A stretch of DNA of 64,000 bases. Source: Vicinamibacterales bacterium (GTDB lineage Bacteria > Acidobacteriota > Vicinamibacteria > Vicinamibacterales > UBA8438). The DNA is taken from assembly GCA_965200895.1 (NCBI GenBank), contig CBDAVM010000002.1, forward strand, positions 415,077 through 479,076, in the 5' to 3' direction. The first letter of the stretch is position 1. Each line of letters begins with the position of its first letter. Below, one piece after another: positions 1 to 9,318 of this stretch. A program made the position numbers and the translations under genes. A model generated the notes under the pieces. That model made no database searches. It saw only the letters and a list, made by a program, of their open reading frames with translations, and was not told the origin of the DNA.

Positions 1-126
1 CGGAGATGGGGCGGCGGGCGCGGCGACGGTAGTGCCGCCGCCCGCCGCGGGGTCATGTTCAGTCGCTCGACTCGATCGGTCAGCGGCGTACCGGCGTCGC
101 CCACGCGCCGCCGCCGCGGGTCATGT

Positions 127-1092
127 TCAGTCGTTCGACATCTCCGGCCCGAGGACATGCTCACCGAGGAACGCCCGTATCGCCGCGTAGATGCGCTGGT
201 TCTCGTCGGGGCTGAAGCCGCCGTGTCCGCCGCCCTCGATGGTGACGAGCTGATTCGGCACGCCCCACGCATCGAGCATCTCGTGCAGGCGCGTGGCGTG
301 GTCGTAGGGTACAATCGAGTCCGCGTCACCGTGGATGGTCAGGATCGGCGGCGTGTCGCCGTGCACGTAGTTGGTGGGCGAGACGCGCCGCGCAACGTCG
401 TCGCGGTCGCTACGGCTCCCGAGCCACGCCTCGGTGAAGTTCCCGGAAGTTCCCGGGGTGCGGTGGGCCAGATCGTACACGTCGGTGATGCCGTACCAGT
501 TGACGATGGCGGCGACCTTGAGCGGCGCGGTCGACGTGGCGCCGGTGGTCCACATGCGGCGCCGGTCGCCGGGGCACTGGCGGTCGAGGCCGGCCGAGGC
601 CGGGAGCATGCCGGTGGTCAGCGACAGGTGGCCGCCGGCGGAGTTGCCGGTCACCACGATCCGGTCGAGGTCGAAGTTGAACTGCTCGGCGTTGCGGTAG
701 ATCCAGCGCAGCGCGCAGCGGCAGTCCTCTACCGCGGCCGGCGCGTGCGCCGCGTCCGCCAGGCGGTACGAGACGTTGACCACGCTCCAGCCCATCTCCA
801 GGTAGGGGAGGAAGGTCAGCGCGGACGCCTGCCGGCTGCCGTTGGTCCAGCCGCCGCCGTGGATGTAGATCAGCGTCGGGGTCGGCTCGGACGCCGCGCG
901 GGACCGGTAGACGTCGAGCGTCAGGTCCTGCCCGCCCGCCCGGTGGTAGGTGATGTTCGGGGTCAGGCTGTAGCCGGTGGCCACCTGCACGAACGCCGCC
1001 GCCGCGTCGTCGCCCTGCGCGCCCACCGCCGCGGGCGCACCGAGTCCGATGACGGCGGCCAGGCCGATCCCCGCCAGACTGGAAATTCTCAT
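127..1092 (-). CDS. secreted alpha/beta-hydrolase, esterase/lipase (HGGG-type carboxylesterase family)
   Basis: Part of ORF 127..1410(-). The internal Met at 1092 gives signal peptide MRISSLAGIGLAAVIGLGAPAAVGAQG. Oxyanion motif IHGGGW and nucleophile elbow GNSAGG are present. The upstream 106 codons are Arg-rich junk. Confidence 0.85.
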   Translation of the reverse strand: MRISSLAGIGLAAVIGLGAPAAVGAQGDDAAAAFVQVATGYSLTPNITYHRAGGQDLTLDVYRSRAASEPTPTLIYIHGGGWTNGSRQASALTFLPYLEMGWSVVNVSYRLADAAHAPAAVEDCRCALRWIYRNAEQFNFDLDRIVVTGNSAGGHLSLTTGMLPASAGLDRQCPGDRRRMWTTGATSTAPLKVAAIVNWYGITDVYDLAHRTPGTSGNFTEAWLGSRSDRDDVARRVSPTNYVHGDTPPILTIHGDADSIVPYDHATRLHEMLDAWGVPNQLVTIEGGGHGGFSPDENQRIYAAIRAFLGEHVLGPEMSND

Positions 1093-1265
1093 CACTGTCG
1101 CCTCACTTTCTGTCGCTGCACACGTTTCCAGAGATTCTTCCGAACCTGCTGATTCTGTCATTCCTTCCGGCAGGCAGTCGAGCGGGCGCGCAGCGCCCCA
1201 CGGCGAACGCGGAGCGGCGTCGTGGTCGTGTCGAGGTCGGCGCCGGCGGGACGCGAATCCGAACG

Positions 1266-2612
1266 TCAACGTGCTCCGCCCGGGGCGCGTGTCGAGGTGT
1301 CGGCGCTGTCGCGAGGCGTGTGCTGCGCTGAACCACGCCGCGCCAGGATGCCGCCGCCGGCGAACGGGGCCCCGCCCAGCGCTTCCTCGATCCGCAGCAC
1401 CTCGTTCCACTTGGCCATCCGCTCGGACCGCGCGAACGAGCCCACCTTGAGCTGCCCGGCGCTCCAGCCGACGGCCAGGTGGGCGATGGTCACGTCCTCG
1501 GTCTCGCCGGAGCGGGCCGAGACGATGGTGGCGAAGCCGGCGGCGCGGGCGGCCTCCAGCGCGGCGCGCGTTTCGGTCACCGTACCGGCCTGGTTCGGCT
1601 TGACGAGCAGCGCGTTGCAGGTCCGGTCCCGCGCGGCCTGCTCGACCCGCCGGGCGCTGGTGACCAGGTAGTCGTCCCCGACGGTCTGCACGCGGTCGCC
1701 GGCCGCCGCCGCGAAGCGCTGCATGCCGGCGACGTCGTCCTCGGCCAGCGGATCCTCGATGGACACGATCGGATAGCGCTCGAGCCAGCCGAGCAGCAGT
1801 TCGATGAGCGCGTCGCTGTCGATGGCGCGGTCGTCGAGACCGAGGCGGTAGCGTCCGTCGGCGTGGAACTGGGTGGCGGCGACATCGAGCGCGATGGCGA
1901 GCTCGTCACCGGGCGTCCGTCCCGTGTCCTCGATGGCCCGCAGCAGGTACTCCAGCGCCTCCTCGTTGGTGTTGAACGCCGGCCACCAGCCGCCCTCATC
2001 GGCGATCCCGTACAGCCGTCCCGCCCGCGTCATCCGCGCGCCGGCCGCCCTGTACACGTCGGCCGTCCATTCGATCGCCTCCGCGAAGGTGGAGGCCCCG
2101 ACCGGCATGACCATGAAGTCCTGGATGTCGACCCGCCGCCCGGCGTGGGCGCCGCCGCCGAAGATCTGGATCTGGGGCAGCGGCAGCAGGGCCGGGCGGT
2201 CGCCGAGCAGGTGTCGCCAGAGGGGGCGGCCCGCTGCGCCGGCGGCGGCGTGGAGCGCCGCCATCGAGACCGCGATGAGGGCGTTCCCGCCCAGCCGGCC
2301 CCGGTTGCCGGTGCCGTCCAGTTCGACCAGCGCGCGGTCGAGCGCGGCCTGATCCGCCACGTCCCGCCCGCGCAGACGCGGGGCGATCTCGCGTTTGACC
2401 CCGCGCACCGCCGCCGTCACGTCGTGGCCGCCGAAGCGCGTCCCCCCGTCGCGCAGGTCGATGGCCTCGCCGCTTCCCGTCGAGGCTCCGGCCGGCGCGA
2501 TGGCGCGCCCGATGACGCCGCCGTCGAGGTGCACCTCGGCCTCGACCGTCGGACGCCCGCGCGAGTCCCACACGCGGCGGGCGGAGACCTGGGTGATCGT
2601 GTGCGAGCGCAA
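1266..2612 (-). CDS. eno: enolase-family protein (phosphopyruvate hydratase, divergent paralogue-like)
   Basis: ORF 1266..2612(-), TTG start preceded by AAGGAGAAGG. Motifs: DSRGRPTVEAEV, GASTGSGEA, SARSGETEDVTIAHLAVG, KVGSFARSERMAKWNEVLRIEE. Confidence 0.85.
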   Translation of the reverse strand: MRSHTITQVSARRVWDSRGRPTVEAEVHLDGGVIGRAIAPAGASTGSGEAIDLRDGGTRFGGHDVTAAVRGVKREIAPRLRGRDVADQAALDRALVELDGTGNRGRLGGNALIAVSMAALHAAAGAAGRPLWRHLLGDRPALLPLPQIQIFGGGAHAGRRVDIQDFMVMPVGASTFAEAIEWTADVYRAAGARMTRAGRLYGIADEGGWWPAFNTNEEALEYLLRAIEDTGRTPGDELAIALDVAATQFHADGRYRLGLDDRAIDSDALIELLLGWLERYPIVSIEDPLAEDDVAGMQRFAAAAGDRVQTVGDDYLVTSARRVEQAARDRTCNALLVKPNQAGTVTETRAALEAARAAGFATIVSARSGETEDVTIAHLAVGWSAGQLKVGSFARSERMAKWNEVLRIEEALGGAPFAGGGILARRGSAQHTPRDSADTSTRAPGGAR

Positions 2613-2648
2613 GGTCCGCCTTCTCCTTGGCGAGGTCGCAGACCGGTA

Positions 2649-3662
2649 CTATGCCGCAGCGGCCAGGGTCGCCTGCCAGGCCCGCCGCACCGCCGCGAGG
2701 GTTGCCGCCGGCCCGCGGATCAACGGCCGGGCGGTGCGGCGTACGCGTTCGCGGTCGGATTCCGCCGTGACGTACTCGACGGGCGATTTCCCGTCGACGC
2801 GAGCGAGAAACAGGCCGGGCAGCAGATGCGCGGTCCGCGCTTCGATCCCTGCACGCCGCTCCCATTGAACACCCGCGAGGTATGTCTCGGCCAGCGCGTC
2901 GAACGCACGCAGGAAACCGGCCGTCGCCGACGGCGTCCAGAGGCACTTGAGCAGCAGGTGGTTCAGGCAGAACGCCAGATCGAAAGCGGGATCGCCGTAC
3001 CACGCGCACTCGGCGTCCAGGAAGACGGGACCGTGCGGACCGATCAGGATGTTCTTCGGGCTGACATCGCCGTGCACCAGCGCGCGCCTCGTGGCGGCCG
3101 TACGCGAGACGAGGGCGTGCAGCGGGTCCGCGAGATCGGGATGCCGGGCGGCCGTGGCGACCAGGTACGGCTCCAGCCGGATGGCGTGAAAGATGTCATC
3201 GGTGGCGAAGCGGGCCTGAACGTCCGCGCGGCCGGCGGTGGCGTTGTGGATCGCGACCAGGCGCTCACCGACCGCCCGCGCGGTCGTCTCGCGGGCGACA
3301 CCGTCCCGGAGCTGCGCCTTCCACAGGGGGTGGGCCGCCGGTTCCAGGAACCCCATCACGAAGCAGCCCGCCTCGGCGTCGCGGGCGACGAGCGGCGGCG
3401 CGCTCCCCGGGGCGATTCGGGCGGCCTCGCGCATCCACTCCCACTCGTAGCGGTTGCGTTCGACCGGGGCCTCCCAGACCGCGTCGACCTTCAGTCTGGG
3501 GAGCGCGCGCTTGACGCAGACCGGCCCCGTCGGGAGATCGACCCGCCAGATGTCCGAGGAGACGCCGCCGGCCAGCGGCGTCATGGCCGGCGGCCGGTCG
3601 CCGGCGCCGACGACGCCCATGCGCCGGAGCGCGGCCACGATGACGGCGTCGGGTTCTGGCAC
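2649..3662 (-). CDS. aminoglycoside/choline-kinase (APH) family phosphotransferase, substrate unknown
   Basis: ORF 2649..3662(-). Motifs: GGVSSDIWRV..VCVKRAL (nucleotide-binding lysine region) and catalytic loop HGDVSPKNIL followed by DAECAWYGDPAFDLA. Confidence 0.8.
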   Translation of the reverse strand: MPEPDAVIVAALRRMGVVGAGDRPPAMTPLAGGVSSDIWRVDLPTGPVCVKRALPRLKVDAVWEAPVERNRYEWEWMREAARIAPGSAPPLVARDAEAGCFVMGFLEPAAHPLWKAQLRDGVARETTARAVGERLVAIHNATAGRADVQARFATDDIFHAIRLEPYLVATAARHPDLADPLHALVSRTAATRRALVHGDVSPKNILIGPHGPVFLDAECAWYGDPAFDLAFCLNHLLLKCLWTPSATAGFLRAFDALAETYLAGVQWERRAGIEARTAHLLPGLFLARVDGKSPVEYVTAESDRERVRRTARPLIRGPAATLAAVRRAWQATLAAAA

Positions 3663-3702
3663 CGTCCGCGTATGATAGCGAGCGGCGCGCGACCGGGATG
3701 CG

Positions 3703-4647
3703 ATGAACGTCGTCTACCACTATTCCGCCGGCCCCGACCTGACGCGGCGGCTCGCGGCGTTGCAGGGCGAGGGACTGTCGGTCTCCGTCTGCCCGATGGC
3801 GGATCGCGACCGTTTCGCCGCGCTGCTGCCGGAGGCCGAGGTGCTCTGGCACCTGCTCGAGCCGGTCACCGCCGAGGTCCTCGCCGCGGCTCCGCGCCTG
3901 CGCCTCGTCCAGAAGATCGGGGTCGGCGTCAACACCATCGACCTCGAGGCGGCCCGCCGGCGGGGCGTCGCCGTCTGCAACATGCCGGGGACGAACTCGC
4001 AGGCGGTGGCCGAGATGACGCTCCTGCTCATGCTGGGGGCGCTGCGGCGGGTGAGCCAGCTCGACGCCGCCACGCGTGCGGGGCGGGGCTGGGGGTTGTC
4101 GGCGTCGCTGCAGGACCGCTACGGCGAGGTTTGCGGCCGGACCGTCGGGCTGGTCGGCTACGGTGCCGTGGCGCGCCGGCTCGCGCCGGTGCTGCAGGCG
4201 CTGGGCGCCCGCGTCCTGTTCGCCAGCCGCGGCCCGAAGACCGATGCGGTGGGCGAGCGCCGCGAACTCGCCGAGCTGCTCGCCGCAAGCGACGTCGTCT
4301 CGCTCCACGTCCCGCTGACCGCGGACACCGAGCGGCTGATCGACGCGGACGCCATCGCCCGCATGAAGCCCGGCGTGGTCGTGGTCAACACCGCGCGCGG
4401 GGGGCTGATCGACGAGGCGGCGCTCGTGGACGGGTTGCGGACCGGCCGCATCGCTGCGGCCGGCCTCGACGTCTTCGAGATCGAGCCGACGCCCGCCGAC
4501 GCCGCGCTGCTCGAGCTCGACAACGTGGTCTGCACGCCGCACCTTGCCTGGCTCACCCGCGAGACGCTGGAGCGGAGCCTCGCGGTGGCGGTCGAGAACT
4601 GCCGGCGGGTCGCGGCCCGAGAGGCGCTCCTGTACCGCGTGGCGTAG
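3703..4647 (+). CDS. D-isomer-specific 2-hydroxyacid dehydrogenase (glycerate/phosphoglycerate dehydrogenase-like)
   Basis: ORF 3703..4647(+). NAD fold GRTVGLVGYGAVARRLA, NTARGGLIDEAAL, and catalytic C-terminal region TPHLAWLT. Confidence 0.9.
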   Translation: MNVVYHYSAGPDLTRRLAALQGEGLSVSVCPMADRDRFAALLPEAEVLWHLLEPVTAEVLAAAPRLRLVQKIGVGVNTIDLEAARRRGVAVCNMPGTNSQAVAEMTLLLMLGALRRVSQLDAATRAGRGWGLSASLQDRYGEVCGRTVGLVGYGAVARRLAPVLQALGARVLFASRGPKTDAVGERRELAELLAASDVVSLHVPLTADTERLIDADAIARMKPGVVVVNTARGGLIDEAALVDGLRTGRIAAAGLDVFEIEPTPADAALLELDNVVCTPHLAWLTRETLERSLAVAVENCRRVAAREALLYRVA

Positions 4648-4814
4648 CGTTTCTGTGGTTCGCCGCGGGCGCAGAGGCGCGCCATGCTGCGGTATCATGC
4701 CGTCGTCACACCGGACAGGTTCGCGCGCGCCAATCCGGGACCGTCCCGGCTGCGCGGAGCCGCATGCGTTCACCGGGGCCGACGGCGTCGCGGCCGGGCG
4801 GAGAGGAGGAGATC

Positions 4815-5813
4815 GTGAGCAGATCATGGTTGGCGGTCGCGGCGGTGTGCCTGTCGGCGGCGGCCTCGCCGGCCCAGGAGGAGACGGCTGCCGGCTGCGA
4901 GCCGGTCGGCGACATCCGGTTCATCTGCGACCTGATCGGCCCCGAGGATCTGGCCGTCGTGCCCGGGGACGCGTGGGTCGTCGTGTCGGGGAACCAGGAA
5001 GGCGGTCGGATCCACCTTATCGACGTGGCCGACAAGACCACCTCCGTACTCTTCCCGACCGCGGACCGCATCGAGCGGCTCGACGCGGCGGCCTACCCGT
5101 CGTGTCCGGGTCCGCTCGACGCGGCGGAGCTCGATCAGGACGAGTTCCGGGCGCACGGTCTCTACCTGCAGCCGGGGGAGGGCGACGTGCACGCGCTGTA
5201 CGTCGTGCACCACGGCCGGCGCGAGTCCATCGAGGTGTTCGAGCTCGACGCCGGCGCGGCGCCGATGACCCTGGCCTGGGTGGGGTGCGCGGTGGCGCCC
5301 GAGGGCCTGCGCCTCAACTCGGTGGTTGCGCTTCCCGAGGGTGGCTTCGCCGCCACCAGCACGTCCACCGGGGACGTCTGGACGTGGAGCGCCGCGGGCG
5401 GCTGGGCGGTGATCCCAGGCACCGACGACACGACGCCCAACGGCCTGGAGATCTCGCCCGACGGACGCTGGCTGTTCGTGGCCGGGTGGCGCGGAGAAAA
5501 GCTCACGCGGCTGTCGCGCGGGGGACCGCCGCGGCAGAAGGACGTGGTGCCGATACCCTTCCGGCCCGACAATCTCCGCTACGTGGACGACGGCGCGCTG
5601 ATTCTGGCTGCCGGACACGGCAACTTCGGGACGCCGGAGGAGACGTCGAACGTCGCGGTGATCGATCCCGAGACGCTGGAGGTCAGGCACATCTTCACGC
5701 ACCCGCGCCTGGAGGGTTTCGCCTCGTCGACCGCGGCGATCCGCATCGGCGGCGAGATCTGGCTGGGGACGAACCGCGGCGGGATGGTGGCGTACTTTCC
5801 CGCGCCGGAGTAG
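4815..5813 (+). CDS. secreted six-bladed beta-propeller, paraoxonase/arylesterase (SMP-30-like lactonase) family
   Basis: Last 332 codons of the spurious 1444-aa ORF 1479..5813. GTG at 4815 lies 6 nt after GGAGGAG. Signal peptide SRSWLAVAAVCLSAAASPAQ. Collinear blocks HGLYL..LYVVHHGRRESIEVFELD, PNGLEISPDGRWLFVAG, IWLGTNRGG. Confidence 0.7.
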   Translation: MSRSWLAVAAVCLSAAASPAQEETAAGCEPVGDIRFICDLIGPEDLAVVPGDAWVVVSGNQEGGRIHLIDVADKTTSVLFPTADRIERLDAAAYPSCPGPLDAAELDQDEFRAHGLYLQPGEGDVHALYVVHHGRRESIEVFELDAGAAPMTLAWVGCAVAPEGLRLNSVVALPEGGFAATSTSTGDVWTWSAAGGWAVIPGTDDTTPNGLEISPDGRWLFVAGWRGEKLTRLSRGGPPRQKDVVPIPFRPDNLRYVDDGALILAAGHGNFGTPEETSNVAVIDPETLEVRHIFTHPRLEGFASSTAAIRIGGEIWLGTNRGGMVAYFPAPE

Positions 5814-6143
5814 GGCGCGGGCGTCATGGCGGCGGCAGCGCCGGGCGATCCGAAGAGGCGGCGCGAGGCGTCACGACGACGGCAACCGCAGCGCGATCCG
5901 GAACAGCATCGCCAGCACGACCAGGAGCAGTCCGATCACGCTCCCGACCATCCAGCGGAGAATCCGGATCTCGGCGGCGAGCTCGCCCATTCCTCCGCCG
6001 CGGCGAGGGCCGCGTCGGGGTCCGCTCCCGCTGACACGTGCGCCATGCAGGTCTTCGAGACCGCAGTCTTCATGTCACCTTCCGTTCGACCGTGCAGGAG
6101 AGCATCAACCTCACGGTATCGTAACAGGCAGGAGTCGAACCCG

Positions 6144-7778
6144 ATGAAACGGATGGTCCTCTTCGCCCTCGCCCCCGTCGTCCTCGTCGCGCCCGCGACC
6201 GCGCAGGACCCGGCGGCCGACATCGGTACTCCGCAGTTCGCACCCGTCACCTGGGAGCGCCTGCGCAATGCGGCCGACGAGCCGCACAACTGGTTGATGT
6301 ACAACGGCACGCTCGACAGCAGGCGCTTCTCGCGCCTCGACCAGGTCGACCGCGGCAACGTCGCCGACCTGGAGCTGAAGTGGGCCTACAACATCCGCCA
6401 GCTCGACCGCACCGAGACGACCCCGCTCGTGGTCGACGGCGTGATGTTCATCACCGAATCGCCCAGCAACGTGACGGCGGTCGACGCCACCAGCGGGCGC
6501 CCCTTCTGGCGCTACGAGCACCCGCTGCCCGACGACCTGCGCATCTGCTGCGGACGCAACAACCGCGGCGTCGCCATCCTCGGCGAGACGCTCTACATGA
6601 GCACGCTCGACGCGCACCTGGTCGCCATCGACGCGCGCAGCGGCAACCTGGTCTGGGACGCGGAGGTAGCCGATTACCGGGGCGGCTACAGCAAGACGGC
6701 GGCGCCGCTCGTCGTCGGCGACCGCGTGGTGACCGGCATCGCCGGCGGGGAGTTCGGCATCCGCGGGTTCCTCGACTCCTACGACGCCGCAACCGGCGAG
6801 CGCGCGTGGCGCACCTACACCATCCCCGGACCGGACCATCCCGACAACCAGACGTGGTTGGGCGATTCGTGGCGCACCGGCGGGTCGCCGACCTGGATTA
6901 CCGGCTCGTACGATCCCGAGCTGAACCTGGTCTACTGGGGCACCGGCAACCCCGGCCCGGATTACGGCAGCGAAATGCGGCTGGGAGACAACCTGTACTC
7001 CGACTCGGTGCTCGCCCTCGACGGCGACACGGGCGAGATGCGGTGGTACTTCCAGTTCACGCCGCACGATGTCCACGACTGGGACGCGATCCAGATCCCG
7101 GTGCTCGCCGACATCGAGATGCCGGACGGGCCGCGGCGGGCCATGCTCTGGGCCAACCGCAACGGCTTCTACTACACGCTCGACCGCGAGACCGGCGAGT
7201 TCCTGCTCGGCAGGCCGTTCGCCCTGCAGACCTGGGCGGAAGGGCTCGACGAGAACGGCCGTCCGATCCGGCGGCCCGGCCTGTTCCCGTCGCCCGACGG
7301 GACGGTGGTCGCGCCGACCGCTGGCGGCGCCACCAACTGGTGGTCGCCCGCGTTCAGCCCGCGCACCGGGCTGCTCTACGTCAACGCGTTCGACGGCGAG
7401 GGCGAGTTCTTCCTGCGTGACGAGGATTACGTGGAGGGCGAGCGCTACACCGGCGGCGGCGTGCAGTCGCCGCAGCCGATGGACAACTACCGCAGCGCCA
7501 TCCGGGCCATCGACCCGGCCACCGGCGACATCCGCTGGGAGTTCGAGATGAAGCCGCGCGCCCGCTCCGGCGTGCTGGCCACGGCCGGCGGACTCGTATT
7601 CAGCGCGACGGTCGACGGCTACTTCTTCGCCCTCGACGAGGAGACCGGCGAGGCGCTGTGGCAGATCCCGCTCGGCGGGCCGGTCAACGCCAACCCGATG
7701 ACCTACGCGGTCGACGGGAGACAGTACGTCACGATGTCGGTGGGCAACACGGTCTACACGTTCGGTCTGGACGAGTAG
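6144..7778 (+). CDS. PQQ-dependent dehydrogenase, methanol/ethanol family (vicinal Cys-Cys present)
   Basis: In-frame Met 107 of ORF 5826..7778. Signal peptide MKRMVLFALAPVVLVAPATAQ. Motifs: WLMYNGTLDSRRFS, RICCGRNNRGVA, GGEFGIRGF, TGNPGPD, PHDVHDWDA. Confidence 0.9.
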   Translation: MKRMVLFALAPVVLVAPATAQDPAADIGTPQFAPVTWERLRNAADEPHNWLMYNGTLDSRRFSRLDQVDRGNVADLELKWAYNIRQLDRTETTPLVVDGVMFITESPSNVTAVDATSGRPFWRYEHPLPDDLRICCGRNNRGVAILGETLYMSTLDAHLVAIDARSGNLVWDAEVADYRGGYSKTAAPLVVGDRVVTGIAGGEFGIRGFLDSYDAATGERAWRTYTIPGPDHPDNQTWLGDSWRTGGSPTWITGSYDPELNLVYWGTGNPGPDYGSEMRLGDNLYSDSVLALDGDTGEMRWYFQFTPHDVHDWDAIQIPVLADIEMPDGPRRAMLWANRNGFYYTLDRETGEFLLGRPFALQTWAEGLDENGRPIRRPGLFPSPDGTVVAPTAGGATNWWSPAFSPRTGLLYVNAFDGEGEFFLRDEDYVEGERYTGGGVQSPQPMDNYRSAIRAIDPATGDIRWEFEMKPRARSGVLATAGGLVFSATVDGYFFALDEETGEALWQIPLGGPVNANPMTYAVDGRQYVTMSVGNTVYTFGLDE

Positions 7779-7832
7779 CGCGCGCGGCCGAAGTCCGGGA
7801 CGCGCGGCGTGGATCCGGCGGGGGAGGTTCTC

Positions 7833-9140
7833 ATGAAGGCGTCAGTTCTGCGGGGAGCGGTGTTCGGAGTCGTCTGTCTGATGACGGCCGTGGTCGGTCT
7901 GCACGGCGCGGCGGCCGATTTGCCGGTGATGGACGGCGTGCCGACGGCGGCGCCCGAGGCGGTGGGCATGTCGTCCGCGCGTCTCGAACGGCTCGACCGG
8001 GTGATGCGGGCCTACATCGACCGCGAGGAGGTGGCCGGCGTGGTCACCCTCGTCGCGCGGCGCGGCAAGGTGGTCAACTTCTCGGCGCAGGGCCATCGCG
8101 ACGTGGAGGGCGGTCGGCCCATGACCCACGACACCATCTTCCGCATGGCGTCGATGACCAAGCCGATCGCCTCGGTGGCGCTGATGATGCTTTACGAGGA
8201 GGGACACTTCCAGCTCCGCGATCCCGTCTCGAAGTGGCTGCCGGAGTTCGCCGACATGCAGGTGGCCATCCCGGCGCCGGAGCAGGAGCGGCTCACCGGA
8301 CGCTACAAGCTGGTGCCCGCCGCACGACCGATCACCGTGCAGCACGTGCTGACCCACACCGCCGGGCTCGCCAACACCTACCGTGGTCTTGCGCAGCCGG
8401 ACTTCCAGGCGATGACGGCCGAGCGGCGGCCGCACGACACGGTCGGCGACATGGTGAAGCGGCTGGCGAAGCTGCCGCTCAACTTCCACCCCGGCGACCG
8501 GTGGGAGTACGGCCGGGCCACCGACGTGGTGGGGCGGCTCGTCGAGGTGATGTCGGGGAAGACGCTGGATGCCTTCTTCCGCGAGCGCATCTTCGAGCCG
8601 CTCGACATGCGGGACACCCACTTCTACCTGCCGAAGTCGAAGCTCGACCGCTTCGCCGCCCTCTACGGGCCGAACGACGACGGGAAGATCGTCCTCACCG
8701 AGGCGCCGACCGCCGACAGCCGCTTCGTCCGCGAGCCGCACGTCTATTTCAGCGGCGCCGGCGGTCTGGTGTCGACCGCGCGCGACTACTTCCGCTTCCA
8801 CCAGATGATGCTCAACGGCGGCGCACTCGACGGCGTGCGGATCCTGAGCCGCAAGACCATCGAGCTGATGACCGCCAACCACACCGGCGACTTCGGCATC
8901 TGGCTCGCCGGCCCGGGCTACGGCTTCGGCCTCGGCTACGCCATCGTGACGGATCTGGGACCGTCGGCCACCCCGCGCTCGGAGGGCTCCTACTACTGGG
9001 GCGGCGCCTTCGGCACCATCTTCTGGGTGGATCCGTCCGAGGAGCTCATCGGCATCATGCTCACGCAGATGCGGCCGTACACGCACCTGCGCATCCGCGA
9101 CGACCTGGCGACGATGACCTATCAGGCGATCGTCGACTGA
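7833..9140 (+). CDS. serine hydrolase, class C beta-lactamase/penicillin-binding-protein-related family
   Basis: ORF 7809..9140. Met at 7833 gives signal MKASVLRGAVFGVVCLMTAVVGL. SxxK motif FRMASMTKP, later YSGAGGLVSTARDY. Confidence 0.85.
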   Translation: MKASVLRGAVFGVVCLMTAVVGLHGAAADLPVMDGVPTAAPEAVGMSSARLERLDRVMRAYIDREEVAGVVTLVARRGKVVNFSAQGHRDVEGGRPMTHDTIFRMASMTKPIASVALMMLYEEGHFQLRDPVSKWLPEFADMQVAIPAPEQERLTGRYKLVPAARPITVQHVLTHTAGLANTYRGLAQPDFQAMTAERRPHDTVGDMVKRLAKLPLNFHPGDRWEYGRATDVVGRLVEVMSGKTLDAFFRERIFEPLDMRDTHFYLPKSKLDRFAALYGPNDDGKIVLTEAPTADSRFVREPHVYFSGAGGLVSTARDYFRFHQMMLNGGALDGVRILSRKTIELMTANHTGDFGIWLAGPGYGFGLGYAIVTDLGPSATPRSEGSYYWGGAFGTIFWVDPSEELIGIMLTQMRPYTHLRIRDDLATMTYQAIVD

Positions 9141-9318
9141 CCGGGGATCATCTGCGCCGCGGCGACCGGCGGCCTGTCCGCGGCGGGCGCCGGTCGCGCG
9201 CACGCTGCATCCGCGCGGGGCCGTCACGGCCGTGCGCCGTACGCGGGTCGAGACCTGCCACGCACTCGGCGCGCGCCACCTGGCCGCCCCGGCGTGCGCC
9301 CGTACGCGGGGCGGGCCT

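Noticed and set aside
1479-5813. A 1444-aa ORF, the longest in the track
   Set aside because: It runs antisense or off-frame across enolase, the kinase and the 2-hydroxyacid dehydrogenase. The product there is Arg/Gly/Pro/Asp-rich with no motifs. Only the last 332 codons, from GTG 4815 with an SD and signal peptide, look like a real gene.
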